Below the pieces are notes generated by a model. That model did not search any database. It was given only the letters and a program-made list of their open reading frames with translations, and was not told the origin of the DNA. The position numbers and the translations under genes were made by a program. Below are positions 54,601 to 64,000 of a DNA stretch of 64,000 nucleotides, piece after piece. The stretch spans positions 2,480,001 to 2,544,000 of the forward strand of contig NC_135824.1 of the NCBI RefSeq assembly GCF_964213995.1, read 5' to 3'. Source of the DNA: Mustelus asterias. Lineage: Eukaryota. Position 1 is the stretch's first letter. The number at the start of each line of letters is the position of its first letter.

Positions 54601-57600
54601 TGGAAGGCAAAAGTATTGAAAGAGTTTTGTGATTATGAACATAGATTTAACTGAAAATATGTTAGATGGGTAAACAATTTCTTATTATGAAAACAGAATG
54701 CTGAAAGTACTCAGCAAGTAGATGATAGCTACAGCACAGCTGTAAGAGTCCAGTGATTTACTAGGAAGAGCTGCAGTAATGGGACTAGATATTCATTTTT
54801 GCTTCTTTCCTCGTTCTCTCAGTAACCTGGAATTTATTTCCTTATGATTGACAAAAACTCTTTTCTGCTAATTTCTTTCTTTTAATTTAGCTATTTCTTC
54901 ATACCAAGATGTGGTAGACTGCTTGGTGCTAGTTATTCAGCATCTAAAGTGCAAGGACATTCAACCATGGGTATGTAACAAACTCATTATTTTGATGTTT
55001 AACTAAATGGTGCAGCCTACGTGCTACTTGTACAGATGGCACCTAGCATTATAAAGGATGAGTCCTGGGAGATCCAGTTAGGGACCATATGCTTTCATTT
55101 AGTGACACAGATCACATCTCTCATGTATGCTGTTAACCTATTTAACCTTTATTCCTCCTCTCTTGATTTCCTTTCGTTATTCAATTCTCTAACTGCCCTC
55201 TGATATTAATTCTCAGATTAATCGAACTTTCCTTTAGCAAGTAAAACATGCCTCAACCTGAGAGGGTGGTGGATTTGGGGGCTAAGTTTGATGGTGTGGG
55301 AACGTGTTACTTAATCTTGAGCTCAATTAATTTCTCCAAATTTAAGTTCCAACCTTTGCAATCTCATCCATTTTAGCTCCTTTACTGACTATTGCTGGGA
55401 CTTTAATCCACACCTTTTGACCTCAGTTTCTCTAATGTTCTCCTAGTTTGTGTTCCTACTTCCATAAAGCACAAATATTGAGAATTACTTGTGGCAGGCA
55501 GGAAAGTAAAATTAGGGTCACGATCGGATCAGCCACGATCTTATTGAATGGTGGAACAGGGTGGTTGGGCTGAATGGCCTACTCATGCTGTTTTTTTTAA
55601 TGATTCTTAAATTCTGCATTTGAATTATTTCTGTTCTGGTTTTGTGAGATTATGGGCTTTGTGAAATCATAATAGTTTTTCTGTAGCTGGAACATTGAAC
55701 AGCCTCTGTTCACATTTTAGATCCACCGAGGAAGCAACAGTTCTCTCAGCAAGCTGATTCAGCAATCATACCATAGCACCATGCCCACTGTCTCTGTTAA
55801 TGGACTTACTGCTATCCGAATGCTATTGGAAATAGGACTGGATAAATTGCGGAGGGATTACATAAACTATTTTATAGGTAAATATTTTTTCACTCATGTC
55901 GAATGTTTGGTGGGGTGTTATTTGATTTTTAAAATGCTTCATTTGATTGTAAGTTTCTTTGCACACAGTGTTGCATAGAGTCAGAGTTTGATCGTGATTT
56001 CCAGATTTTACCGTGCTTCTGGAGAGAGCTTGCAACCTCTCCAAATGGAGAGAGGGGAAAGGTCTGTGATAGGGATGAAAAGCAGGGGAGATTAAATGAC
56101 AAACATTTTCATGGTACAAACGTGGGTGGTAATGGAACAAGTAAAGAAAGAAGAGGTTTGAATGGCAGGGTCACGAGTGGCTGCCACCTAAAAAATTTTT
56201 TTTTAGAGAGAAACCAGAAAGGGAAAAAAAATCAAAACTATCAAAGTAAAAAAAAAAAGAAACAAAATGGGAGCAGAGGTTATGATTGAACTGCGTGTTG
56301 AGTCCAGAAGTCAGTAAATTACCTAGTGAAAGATGAAGTGCTGTTCCTCGAGCTTGTGTTGAACTTCACTGAAACACTGCAGTAGGCCAAAGACAACAAA
56401 ATCAGAGTGTAACAAAGGTGGATAATTGAAATGACAAGCGATGGGAAGCTCAGGGTCATACTTGCTGGCTGGATGGACGTGTTCCGCAAAGTGGTCACCC
56501 AGTCTATATTTGATCTCTCTAATGTACAGGAGACCACATTGTGAGCAGTGAATACAGTATAATAAATTGGAAGAGTTATAAGTTTCGCTTGGAAGGAATG
56601 TTTTGGGCCTTGGACAGTGAGAAGAGAGGAGAATTGGTGTCATTGGAAGGGTGTGTAAACTAATGTCATGAGGTCTGGGATGAGAGAGAGGCTGCTGTGT
56701 TAAATTCTATACAACAAAGTGAAAGTCATTATTGAAAGAAGTATTTTCTTCTAGGTCAAGAACTCACGACTTTGAATTATTTGGTAAGAACAATGAATGG
56801 ATTTTAGAAATTACAAAATACTTGAGATTTAGTTTCTATTTTATTTTAATAATTCGTTTTTCATGATTTTCTTCTGCAGGATTATTTTGTGAATTGCACT
56901 GTAACTCTAGATGAGCAGATACTCCGTCTCCAGAAACTGCACCATATACTCGAGTTGGTGGTGAGTTGCAGTGCCTTCCTCAACTTGAGCCATGAAAACC
57001 TCTTTACATTGACACAGTAAGCACTTTCCTTACTTCAGATGTTCTGGTACAAATAATACTCTCAAGGGTTACAGCAACACATAAATACACTTTCTTTGCC
57101 TGTAATGTTGCATTGTTCCACCTTGATACTTTTTTTTATAATGAACACCATGTCTCTCAGTTGGTATGCTGTGCTGTGTGCTGTACCCTCTGCTGAGTTA
57201 TCGGTGTGCTGAAACAAATATTCATAGCAATGTAGTCCCTTATACTCCGTTTGTTCTTTTCCATAATCTCCGGGCTGTTCAACTTTCTATCTTTTATTTT
57301 TTCCAATCTGAAGGTTTTTAAAAGCAAAGCTGGATATTACCTCACTACCACTACCCAATTTGTCTCATTCTCACTTCTTACTGCTGTCCTGCGTTATGGC
57401 CAAGACTCATCATTTCTTTTCTCCATTCCAATAAAAGAAGCACCTAGACACTACTATAATAAAAGCTAAATACTGTGGACGTTGTAAATCTGAAATAACA
57501 GAAAATGCTAGGGGAAAAATTCAGCAGGTCTGGCAGCAAGAATGACAGAGTTAACGTTGGGAGTCTGTATGACTCTTCAGAGCTGGACACAGCTGTCCAT

Positions 57601-59464
57601 GTAATACTTCAATACCTTGATTTCAATTTATATAGCTGAACTTTGTTATATTAATTCATAGAACCTAATTTTATTGTTTGACTTTAGAAGAAACTAAATT
57701 CTGCAAATTTTGGCAGTTCAATACAAGAATGTACAAAATGGAAAATTTAAATAAATATTTCTGGTAAAATAAAAGGAGGGAAGCTTTTCTAAACATCGAA
57801 ACATATTTTAACACTAAGATTGTGATGGAAGAATGTTGTTCAAGATCATTTTAACTTGGGAGAAGCAGAATTTCGGGCAGTTTGCATAAACATTTAATGG
57901 ACCCATACTGAGTGATTGTGATGCAGTAATCATAATAAAATGATCTTTCAAACTGAGTGGCTTAACTTTCTGAACTCCATTAAATTATGGTTTGAAATCT
58001 CTTTAAAACAGATGAAGGTAAAAGTCTATGAAGTGAGATCAAGCAAGACATTGGCATTATCTTGAATTGCTGTAGCAAGGAGCTAACCAAGACAGTGGGG
58101 ACACGGTGGCCTCCTTCTGTACCTTAGATTACAGCAATGGTTAAGTCAACCCCCATTTTTGAAGGATTTTTTTGAAGCCTCAAAGTCAACTTGTATGCCA
58201 CAATCTACAGTAAATATTTTATTTCTTGACACACTAAGAATAATGGTGCTGACTTTGTTGTGAGAGTAGGAATTGACTGTACATTCCATGTTTTACACAC
58301 TTGAGGGTTTAGTGATTGTAAAGTTATTGCAAGTTTCTCCTCATTGGTTATAAATGTACTATGTCTCTTTGGTGATAGGTCGTGCACACGATACTACAAG
58401 GACAATCCACTGGATGAGCAGCATGTTTTTCAGTTGCCAATCAGACCCACTACCATCAATGCTTTCTATGAGAAGTAAGAATCATAACTAAGATGTTGTA
58501 GTGTTCACACAGAAGCAGTTTTACATTATTTATTTGCGGAAAAGAATATTTGAGTAAGAGGGGTTGATACACAGCAAAAGTAGGAAGACCTTTCAAAACA
58601 TTTCACTGTAATGAGGGATAAAAAACATTGGATGCTCAATAAGCTAGGATAAAGGAAAAATAGCCTTGAAGTTATGTTAAAGGGGGCAAAGACATTGTTT
58701 TGGAGAAGGGTAATAACTTTCTTGAAGGAAGGTGCCAATGTGAAGAGAGTCAGTGGTTTCCAAAGAACAGGAACATAAATATGGAGCAGGCCAGACCTAT
58801 GTGGCGAAAGAAACTGGACAGCGATGGACCACATCTGGTAGAGCAGGAAGCTGGATAGTGATGTACAACAGTGAAACAGAGCAATCGTGGAGAAAATAAC
58901 ATTGGTTGAACCTGTAATTCAAGTGTAGAGAGCATGAGCCAGTTAAAGAGGAAAGGAGTAAGCAAGCCAACCGATTAATGTATAGGAGTCTATATACATG
59001 AAACTTTGATTTATTTACAGCCCCCTCCTGAATGTATGGTCAGCTTCAATTTTTGGGTTGCCTAAAGGTGTCTTGTGCCTGTAGATAACTGTGCACATTG
59101 TGCTGCCAACGTACTCAAATACTGTGATGTTTGGATGTTTTAAGGTGTCAGATATGATTCTGCCTGACCCAGTGTTTTAACAACTTACTCCGTTATTGTG
59201 GAAACTGTATCTGACTTCTACTCCAAAAGATTGGGCACCCCTGGATTATTAGAGTATGGGGTGTTGGAGTGATTAGAAATACTTGTGGCAGCTATTTAAA
59301 TATTTAGAAGTGATTTCCTGATGACACAGGTTTCTTGCATTCTAGTGAGCACCCCATCATGTGGCGAATGGAGATCATTAGTTGCCACGGACAGAGAGAA
59401 TTGAAGACTATTTGGCAGCTCAACACTAGGCCACCAATGGATCATGTGACATTTACTACCCCAG
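36634..59464 (+). CDS. ZWILCH: Protein zwilch homolog (RZZ kinetochore complex), coding exons 1-17; final coding exon apparently beyond the window
   Basis: join(36634..36686,39994..40045,42189..42284,44215..44333,46328..46527,47097..47176,48919..49074,50445..50516,52338..52431,52988..53043,54279..54387,54891..54970,55721..55877,56755..56783,56880..57016,58379..58474,59346..59464). GT-AG, phase-consistent, no stops. Motifs [46 protein letters not shown]. Head-to-head with RPL4 as in human. Confidence 0.94.
36741..36930. mobile_element. Family A Penelope terminal inverted-repeat insertion in ZWILCH intron 1
   Basis: Imperfect inverted arms ~36770-36844 and 36853-36930 with the same sequence as the 19642 element; flanks ctgttgt(t)taag duplicated. 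Confidence 0.75.
37332..37476 (+). mobile_element. Short hammerhead-bearing Penelope-derived element (family B) inserted into a Rex1/Babar LINE
   Basis: 15-bp TSD cagacttttRaatgg (37317-37331 / 37477-37491); tail cagatgctgccagacctgctgagattttccagcattttc...cagattccagcatccgcag shared with ~11690-11900, ~13925-14045, ~38487-38600, ~57465-57585. Confidence 0.7.
37336..37385 (+). ncRNA. Minimal type-I hammerhead ribozyme motif, U3:A8 core variant
   Basis: AAAAGAGCT-TTGACAA-A-GGGTC-aatctg-GACTC-GAAA-CG-TC-AGCTCTTTT; perfect 9-bp stem I, GUC cleavage triplet. Confidence 0.62.
37672..38010 (+). mobile_element. HE1/V-SINE-like element
   Basis: ggggcggcacggtagcacagtggttagcactgctgcttcacagctccagggacctgggttcgattccc...tttctatgatttctatga. 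Confidence 0.88.
39994..40045 (+). CDS. ZWILCH: ZWILCH exon 2
   Basis: tctag|(G)[17 protein letters not shown]|gtaatc. Confidence 0.82.
40305..41445 (+). mobile_element. CR1-type LINE, young 5'-truncated copy
   Basis: 275-aa ORF with [43 protein letters not shown]; (gttctat)n tail. Confidence 0.93.
42189..42284 (+). CDS. ZWILCH: ZWILCH exon 3
   Basis: tttag|[32 protein letters not shown]|gtaagt. Confidence 0.85.
42608..43580 (+). mobile_element. CR1-type LINE, frameshifted
   Basis: [38 protein letters not shown]. Confidence 0.88.
44215..44333 (+). CDS. ZWILCH: ZWILCH exon 4
   Basis: tgcag|[39 protein letters not shown](R)|gtaatc. Confidence 0.87.
45110..46262 (+). mobile_element. CR1-type LINE
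   Basis: 256-aa ORF 45121..45891 with RT motifs; CR1 tail. Confidence 0.92.
46328..46527 (+). CDS. ZWILCH: ZWILCH exon 5
   Basis: tgtag|(R)[16 protein letters not shown]...[20 protein letters not shown]...HIVTCT(G)|gtaaga. Confidence 0.92.
47097..47176 (+). CDS. ZWILCH: ZWILCH exon 6
   Basis: tttag|(G)[26 protein letters not shown]|gtaggt. Confidence 0.82.
47265..47870 (-). mobile_element. L2-type LINE fragment
   Basis: [14 protein letters not shown] / [21 protein letters not shown]...QNSVAHI. Confidence 0.75.
48919..49074 (+). CDS. ZWILCH: ZWILCH exon 7
   Basis: ttcag|[52 protein letters not shown]|gtaagg. Confidence 0.9.
50445..50516 (+). CDS. ZWILCH: ZWILCH exon 8
   Basis: tttag|[24 protein letters not shown]|gtaagt. 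Confidence 0.9.
52338..52431 (+). CDS. ZWILCH: ZWILCH exon 9
   Basis: aacag|[31 protein letters not shown](E)|gtacac. Confidence 0.9.
52988..53043 (+). CDS. ZWILCH: ZWILCH exon 10
   Basis: tacag|(E)[18 protein letters not shown]|gtaaga. Confidence 0.82.
54279..54387 (+). CDS. ZWILCH: ZWILCH exon 11
   Basis: atcag|[36 protein letters not shown](A)|gtatgt. Confidence 0.9.
54891..54970 (+). CDS. ZWILCH: ZWILCH exon 12
   Basis: tttag|(A)[26 protein letters not shown]|gtatgt. Confidence 0.9.
55721..55877 (+). CDS. ZWILCH: ZWILCH exon 13
   Basis: tttag|[52 protein letters not shown](G)|gtaaat. Confidence 0.92.
56285..56640 (-). mobile_element. Penelope-like element GIY-YIG endonuclease remnant
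   Basis: ORF 56323..56643: [32 protein letters not shown]...PIACHFN...GLLQC...KLEEQHFIF, typical of PLE GIY-YIG domains. Confidence 0.8.
56755..56783 (+). CDS. ZWILCH: ZWILCH exon 14 (29-bp micro-exon)
   Basis: tctag|(G)QELTTLNYL|gtaaga; needed for phase between exons 13 and 15. Confidence 0.85.
56880..57016 (+). CDS. ZWILCH: ZWILCH exon 15
   Basis: tgcag|[45 protein letters not shown](Q)|gtaagc. Confidence 0.9.
58379..58474 (+). CDS. ZWILCH: ZWILCH exon 16
   Basis: gatag|(Q)[31 protein letters not shown](N)|gtaaga. Confidence 0.9.
59346..59464 (+). CDS. ZWILCH: ZWILCH exon 17
   Basis: tctag|(N)[39 protein letters not shown]|gtattt. Confidence 0.88.
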
Positions 59465-59969
59465 GTATTTTCTTTTACACAATCAAACTCCTCAGGAATA
59501 CTTTTCCTGGTACACCTTTAGCCAATTTTTAAAAACTGTGTGCCTTTAGTGTTCAAGTTGACTGATTCCATTTGATGGCGATCTTGCCCCATAGTGAAAA
59601 CTGAAAATCTTCTGAAATAATCATTTCCTCTAAAATAAAATACAAAACTGGAAAGCAAAAGCTTCTATAAGTATTTAAAGAAGAAGAGAGTAGCTGAAGT
59701 GAATGTTGGTTTCTTGGAAGATGAGGCTGGGGATTAATAGTGGGGAATGCAGAACTGCCTGAGACACCAAATCAATATTTTGCCTCGGTTTTCATGGCGG
59801 AGGACACGAGTATTCTCCCAATAATAACAGAAAACACAGAGGAAATAGAAAAGGGGAGCTTAGAACTATCATTGTCACTAGAGATACAAGCAGTTGGTCT
59901 AAATAGGACAACATGATCGGCGCAGGCTTGGAGGGCCAAAGGGCTGTTCCTGTGCTGTAATGTTCTTTG

Positions 59970-60195
59970 TTACATTCATCGAGTTTATTGTTGCATTTCA
60001 ACTCATCTCAGAAATTAGTGTTAATCTGTGATGTCTCTCCATATGGCGTTGGCGCGGTGTTGTCCCGTGAAATGGACGATAGTTCTGAAAGGCCAACAGG
60101 GTGTCTCTCGAGAACCCTCTCAGAAGCTGAAAGAGGTTACTCACAAATTAAGAAAAGGATTATCGATAGTTTTTGGTGACAAGAGATTCCACCAC
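59970..60195 (+). mobile_element. Ty3/Gypsy LTR retrotransposon RNase H remnant
   Basis: LLLHFNSSQKLVLICDVSPYGVGAVLS...ERP...SRTLSEAERGYSQI; frameshift to KGLSIVFGDKRFH. Confidence 0.8.
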
Positions 60196-60224
60196 AAGGG
60201 AAAAAAATACCGAGCAAACTATTG

Positions 60225-61760
60225 GGATTGAAGACTGGCAAGCTCCCAGGGCCTGATGGCCTACATCCCAGAGTCTTAAAGGAAGTGGTGTTGGAGATAG
60301 TGGATCCATTGGTTACAATATTCCAAAGTGCCCTGGGTGCGGGAATGGTTCCAATGGATTGGGAAAATGCTAATATAAGGCCCTTATTCAAAAAGGGAAG
60401 GAAGCAAAATGTAGGAAACTATAGGCCAATTAGTTTAGGGAAATTGTTAGAATCCATTATAAAGGAAGTAATAACAGGACATTTAGAAAATCAAAATGCA
60501 AACCATCAGAGTCAGCGTGGTTTTATGAAGGGTAAATCATGTTTGACTAATTTGAGTTCTTAGAAGCTGTAACAAGCAAGGTGGATAATGGTGATCTTGT
60601 AGATGTAGTATATCTTGACTTCCACAAGGAGTTTGATAAAGTGCCACACAAAAGGTTAATACTCGACGTTAGTTCATGTGGGATTAGGGGTAATTTCTTA
60701 GTTTGGATAGAGGATTGGCTAACCAACAGAAAGCAAAGAGTTGGGATAAATGGGTCTTTCTCGAGTTGACAAGATGTAGTGGGCTGCCACGGGGTTTGGT
60801 CCTCGGGTCCCAACTATTTACAATCTATATTAATGACTTGGATGCAGCAGTAGTCAAATTTGTAGATGACACTAAAATACGTGGGAAAGTAAGTTACCAT
60901 AATGAAATAAGAAATTTACAAATGGATATGGATAGGCTAAGTGAATGGGACACAATTTGGCAGATGGAGTTTAACATGGATAAGTGTGAAGTTATCCATT
61001 TTGGTAGGATAAATACAAAAGCAAATTATTATCTAAATGGAGAAAAACTTTGAAGTGCTTCGGTGCAGTGGGATCTGGGTGTCCTCGTGCATGAATCGTA
61101 GAAGATTAGTATGTTGATGCAGCAGGTAATAAGGAAGACAAATGGAATTTTGGCACTTATTGGTAAAGGAATAGAATATAAAAGTAGTGAAGTGTTGCTG
61201 CTACTGTACAAAGCATTAGTGAGACTGCACTTAGAATATTGTGTACAGTTTTGCTCCCCTTACTTGAGGAGGGATGTAGTTGCATTGGAGGCAGTTTAGA
61301 GGAGGTTCACTAGATTGATTCGAGAGATGAGAGGTTGTCTTATGAAGAGAGATTGGTCAGTTTAGGGCTGGAATTTGGAAGAATGAGAGGAGATTTAATC
61401 GTGATATACAAGATGATCGGGGGATTGACAAATTGGAGAGGATGTTTCCTTTTGTGGGGCAATCTAGAACAACAGCTCACAGTTTTAGGATAAGGGGTGG
61501 CAGATTTAAAACAAGAGGAGAAATTACTTCTCTTAAAGGGCCGTGAGTCTGTGGAATTCACAACCCCAGAGAGTGGTGAATGCCAGGACTTTGGCAAATT
61601 TAAGGAAGAAATGTACAGATTTTTAATTAGTAAGGGTTTGAAGGGCTCTGGTGAGGGGCAGGAGTTGAGGCCGAGATGAGATTAGCCATGATCATATTAA
61701 ATGGCGGGAGCAAGCTTGAGGGGCTGAACAGCCTACTCCTGCTCCTAGTTCTTATGATTC
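60225..61760 (+). mobile_element. CR1-type LINE, decayed
   Basis: KLPGPDGLHPRVLKE, NYRPISL, DVVYLDFHKEFDKVPHKRL, KFVDDTK. Confidence 0.9.
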
Positions 61761-62929
61761 TTCAGTTGGGAAACAGCAAGCTGAAGAATGAAAAAAGCCA
61801 GCACACAGCCAAACCCAGCAGCCATTGCTAAGAGTCTTCAAGAAGTGTGGCATCTTGGGTGCCTGATACAAGGAGAAGTGTGGGAAATCCCTTTTTATCT
61901 TGGAGTCAAATTCTGTAGGCTCTTAAAGCTGCACATATTTTTAACATTGATTTCAATTCAACACTCAGTTTGGACTAACTGGAGACCCAGAACTCTGGCT
62001 TTTAATGATGGACACTTCACGTTACAGGTTAGGCAGGAATCTGACTTCCTGGAGCCACCGCGTGTATGGCAGAAAACAGATCTTTGAAGTGATGCAAGTC
62101 ATATGTAACCAGCCTCTCCCTCTCCTGAGCAGGGATGCCTGCATAACCTTGGATCTCCACCAGGCGGCAGAGGATGCTAACACAGCCAATGTCATTAGCC
62201 AACCAGAACTACACGGTGTGGAGTACTCGAACACTAAAGCATATCCAGGCTCTGACTTCTCTTTTTCCAGAGCGGGTTTGACCATTCTCATTGCAGGACG
62301 CAGAAAATTCCCAGTGGTCAACCCTCCGACCGGCCACAAGATGACCATGACACCTCCAGTGGAAGTCGAAAAAAGAGAGCAATCAGCAGCCCAAGGAGTC
62401 TCTACATCCAACCATGGCAAAAGTACAGCTGGTCAACACATGACATGAACACGAGTGATGCTGGAACCTGGTAGTAGTCTCCCACCATCGACAACAAAAG
62501 ACAGAGATGAGCATACCACTAAACTACCTTCTTGTCTCAGGAATGCTCTTCCTCAGCCACAAGGGGCATTAAGTTGGCCACCCGGAGAAAGAAGTGACTT
62601 GGAGGTGAGCATGATGCAAGAAATTATTTAGAGTAGCAGCAATCACTGATCAATGCAACAGCTGGATCGATCAAGTTCAACACTAAGGACTGGACGAAAA
62701 GAATGAAAGCATACCCAAATGCCAGTCCAATCTCCAAGCTAACAGCAAGAACTAGAACTAACAAAGCCTACCACTCCTCCGACAGAACAGCGAATGAGAT
62801 ACGGAAGGGTTATAAGGCTTCCTGATTGCTTGAACCTGTAAATTCAAGAACTTGCAGGAGGAAAATGGAATAGTGAGAATGTTGTAATGGTGCTAATGCA
62901 CTGATATTGATAGCAACAATGTAAATTGT

Positions 62930-63445
62930 GATGATGGAATACTCCCCACTTGCCTGGATGGGTGCAGTTCCAACAACACTCATGAAGCTTGACACCATCC
63001 AGGACAAAGCAGCCCGCTTGATTGGCACCACATCTACAAACATTCAATTCCTCCACCACCGACGCTCAGTAGCAGCAGTGTGTACTATCTACAAGATGCA
63101 CTGCAGCAATTCACCAAAGATCCTTAGACAGCACCTTCCAAACCCACAACCACTTCCATCTAGAAGGACAAGGGCAGCAGATACATAGGAACACCACCAC
63201 CTGCAAGTTCCCCTCCAAGCCACTCACCATCCTGACTTGGAAATATATTGCCATTCCTTTGCAGTCGCTGGGTCAAAATCCTGGAATTCCCTCCCTAATG
63301 GCATTGTGGGTCAACCCACAGAACATGGACTGCAGCGATTCAAGAAGGCAGCTCATCACCATCTCCTCGAGGGCAACTAGGGATGAGCAATAAATGCTGG
63401 CCAGCCAGCCAGCGACGCCCATGTCCCATGAATGAATAAAAAAAA
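62930..63445 (+). mobile_element. Non-LTR retrotransposon 3' end (non-CR1 clade, assignment uncertain)
   Basis: MEYSPLAWMGA...LDTIQDKAARLI...HHRRSVAAVCTIYKMH; ends atgaatgaataaaaaaaaa. Confidence 0.75.
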
Positions 63446-64000
63446 ACACTGTAAATGTATGAGACTGATAATGTCTGACGTGTAGCAAACTAGTGTAACT
63501 CCACACACATTGGATAAAGACTTGGGCGAAGGTGTAGTATAAGGATCTGGGTTTATGTGGGACTTAAGTACAGTGCTGCCCACACAGTGATGTAAGAAGG
63601 CATATGGTCCAGCAGTTAGTGGTGTTGAGAAAAGACGAGTTAAGTCCTAGGCATTGAGATAGCTTCTAGCCTGTACCCTTTACTGTACATGTATAAATAG
63701 TTCTATTGCTAATAAAGACTTTAATTTACTATAACCAACAGTTGTTAGGGAGAGTGTTGGAGCTACTGTAATTTCCTGAAAGTCCCAAGCCCATCTAAAT
63801 GTAAGCTTTTCTAATCATGTTTTTAATGCATTTGAGATACTTGTGGCATTGAAGAAAAGTAGATATTTACTTGACTGGATATTATCTTTCTCTCTCATAA
63901 TCTAAGACAGAACAGTTACTACTGTAGACTGTGTATGTGACAGTGTACCTTTAAGAGATTTTTTTAAAAAAATCAAGATCTCTGCAGGTCACAGCGTTCG

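Noticed and set aside
62005-62448. 147-aa and 132-aa ORFs as a novel host gene
   Set aside because: They lie within a decayed retroelement cluster in a ZWILCH intron and have no gene structure.

Overview
Eukaryotic genomic DNA from a cartilaginous fish, most likely a shark (inferred from HE1/V-SINE-like, CR1/HER1-like and Deu-SINE-like repeats). It carries the conserved vertebrate block MAP2K1(+) / RPL4(-) / ZWILCH(+). MAP2K1 is present as coding exons 3-11 (1966-22530). RPL4 is complete (10 exons, 369 aa, 36095-28737) with a 5' TOP, a U12-type intron 3 and a GC-AG intron 5; its introns hold seven box C/D snoRNAs (5x SNORD18/U18, 2x SNORD16/U16). ZWILCH coding exons 1-17 (36634-59464) are transcribed divergently from a shared CpG-rich promoter. 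SNAPC5, which lies between MAP2K1 and RPL4 in human, was not found. Introns are full of CR1, L2, Rex1/Babar, Gypsy and SINE remnants, so most ORF-track entries are repeat-derived or spurious. The most striking unexplained structure is two families of short Penelope-derived insertions carrying minimal type-I hammerhead ribozyme motifs: one forms a perfect 97-bp inverted repeat, one has a U3:A8 compensatory core, and both families link to GIY-YIG endonuclease remnants in the window. All calls were made by eye without database searches; repeat boundaries are approximate.
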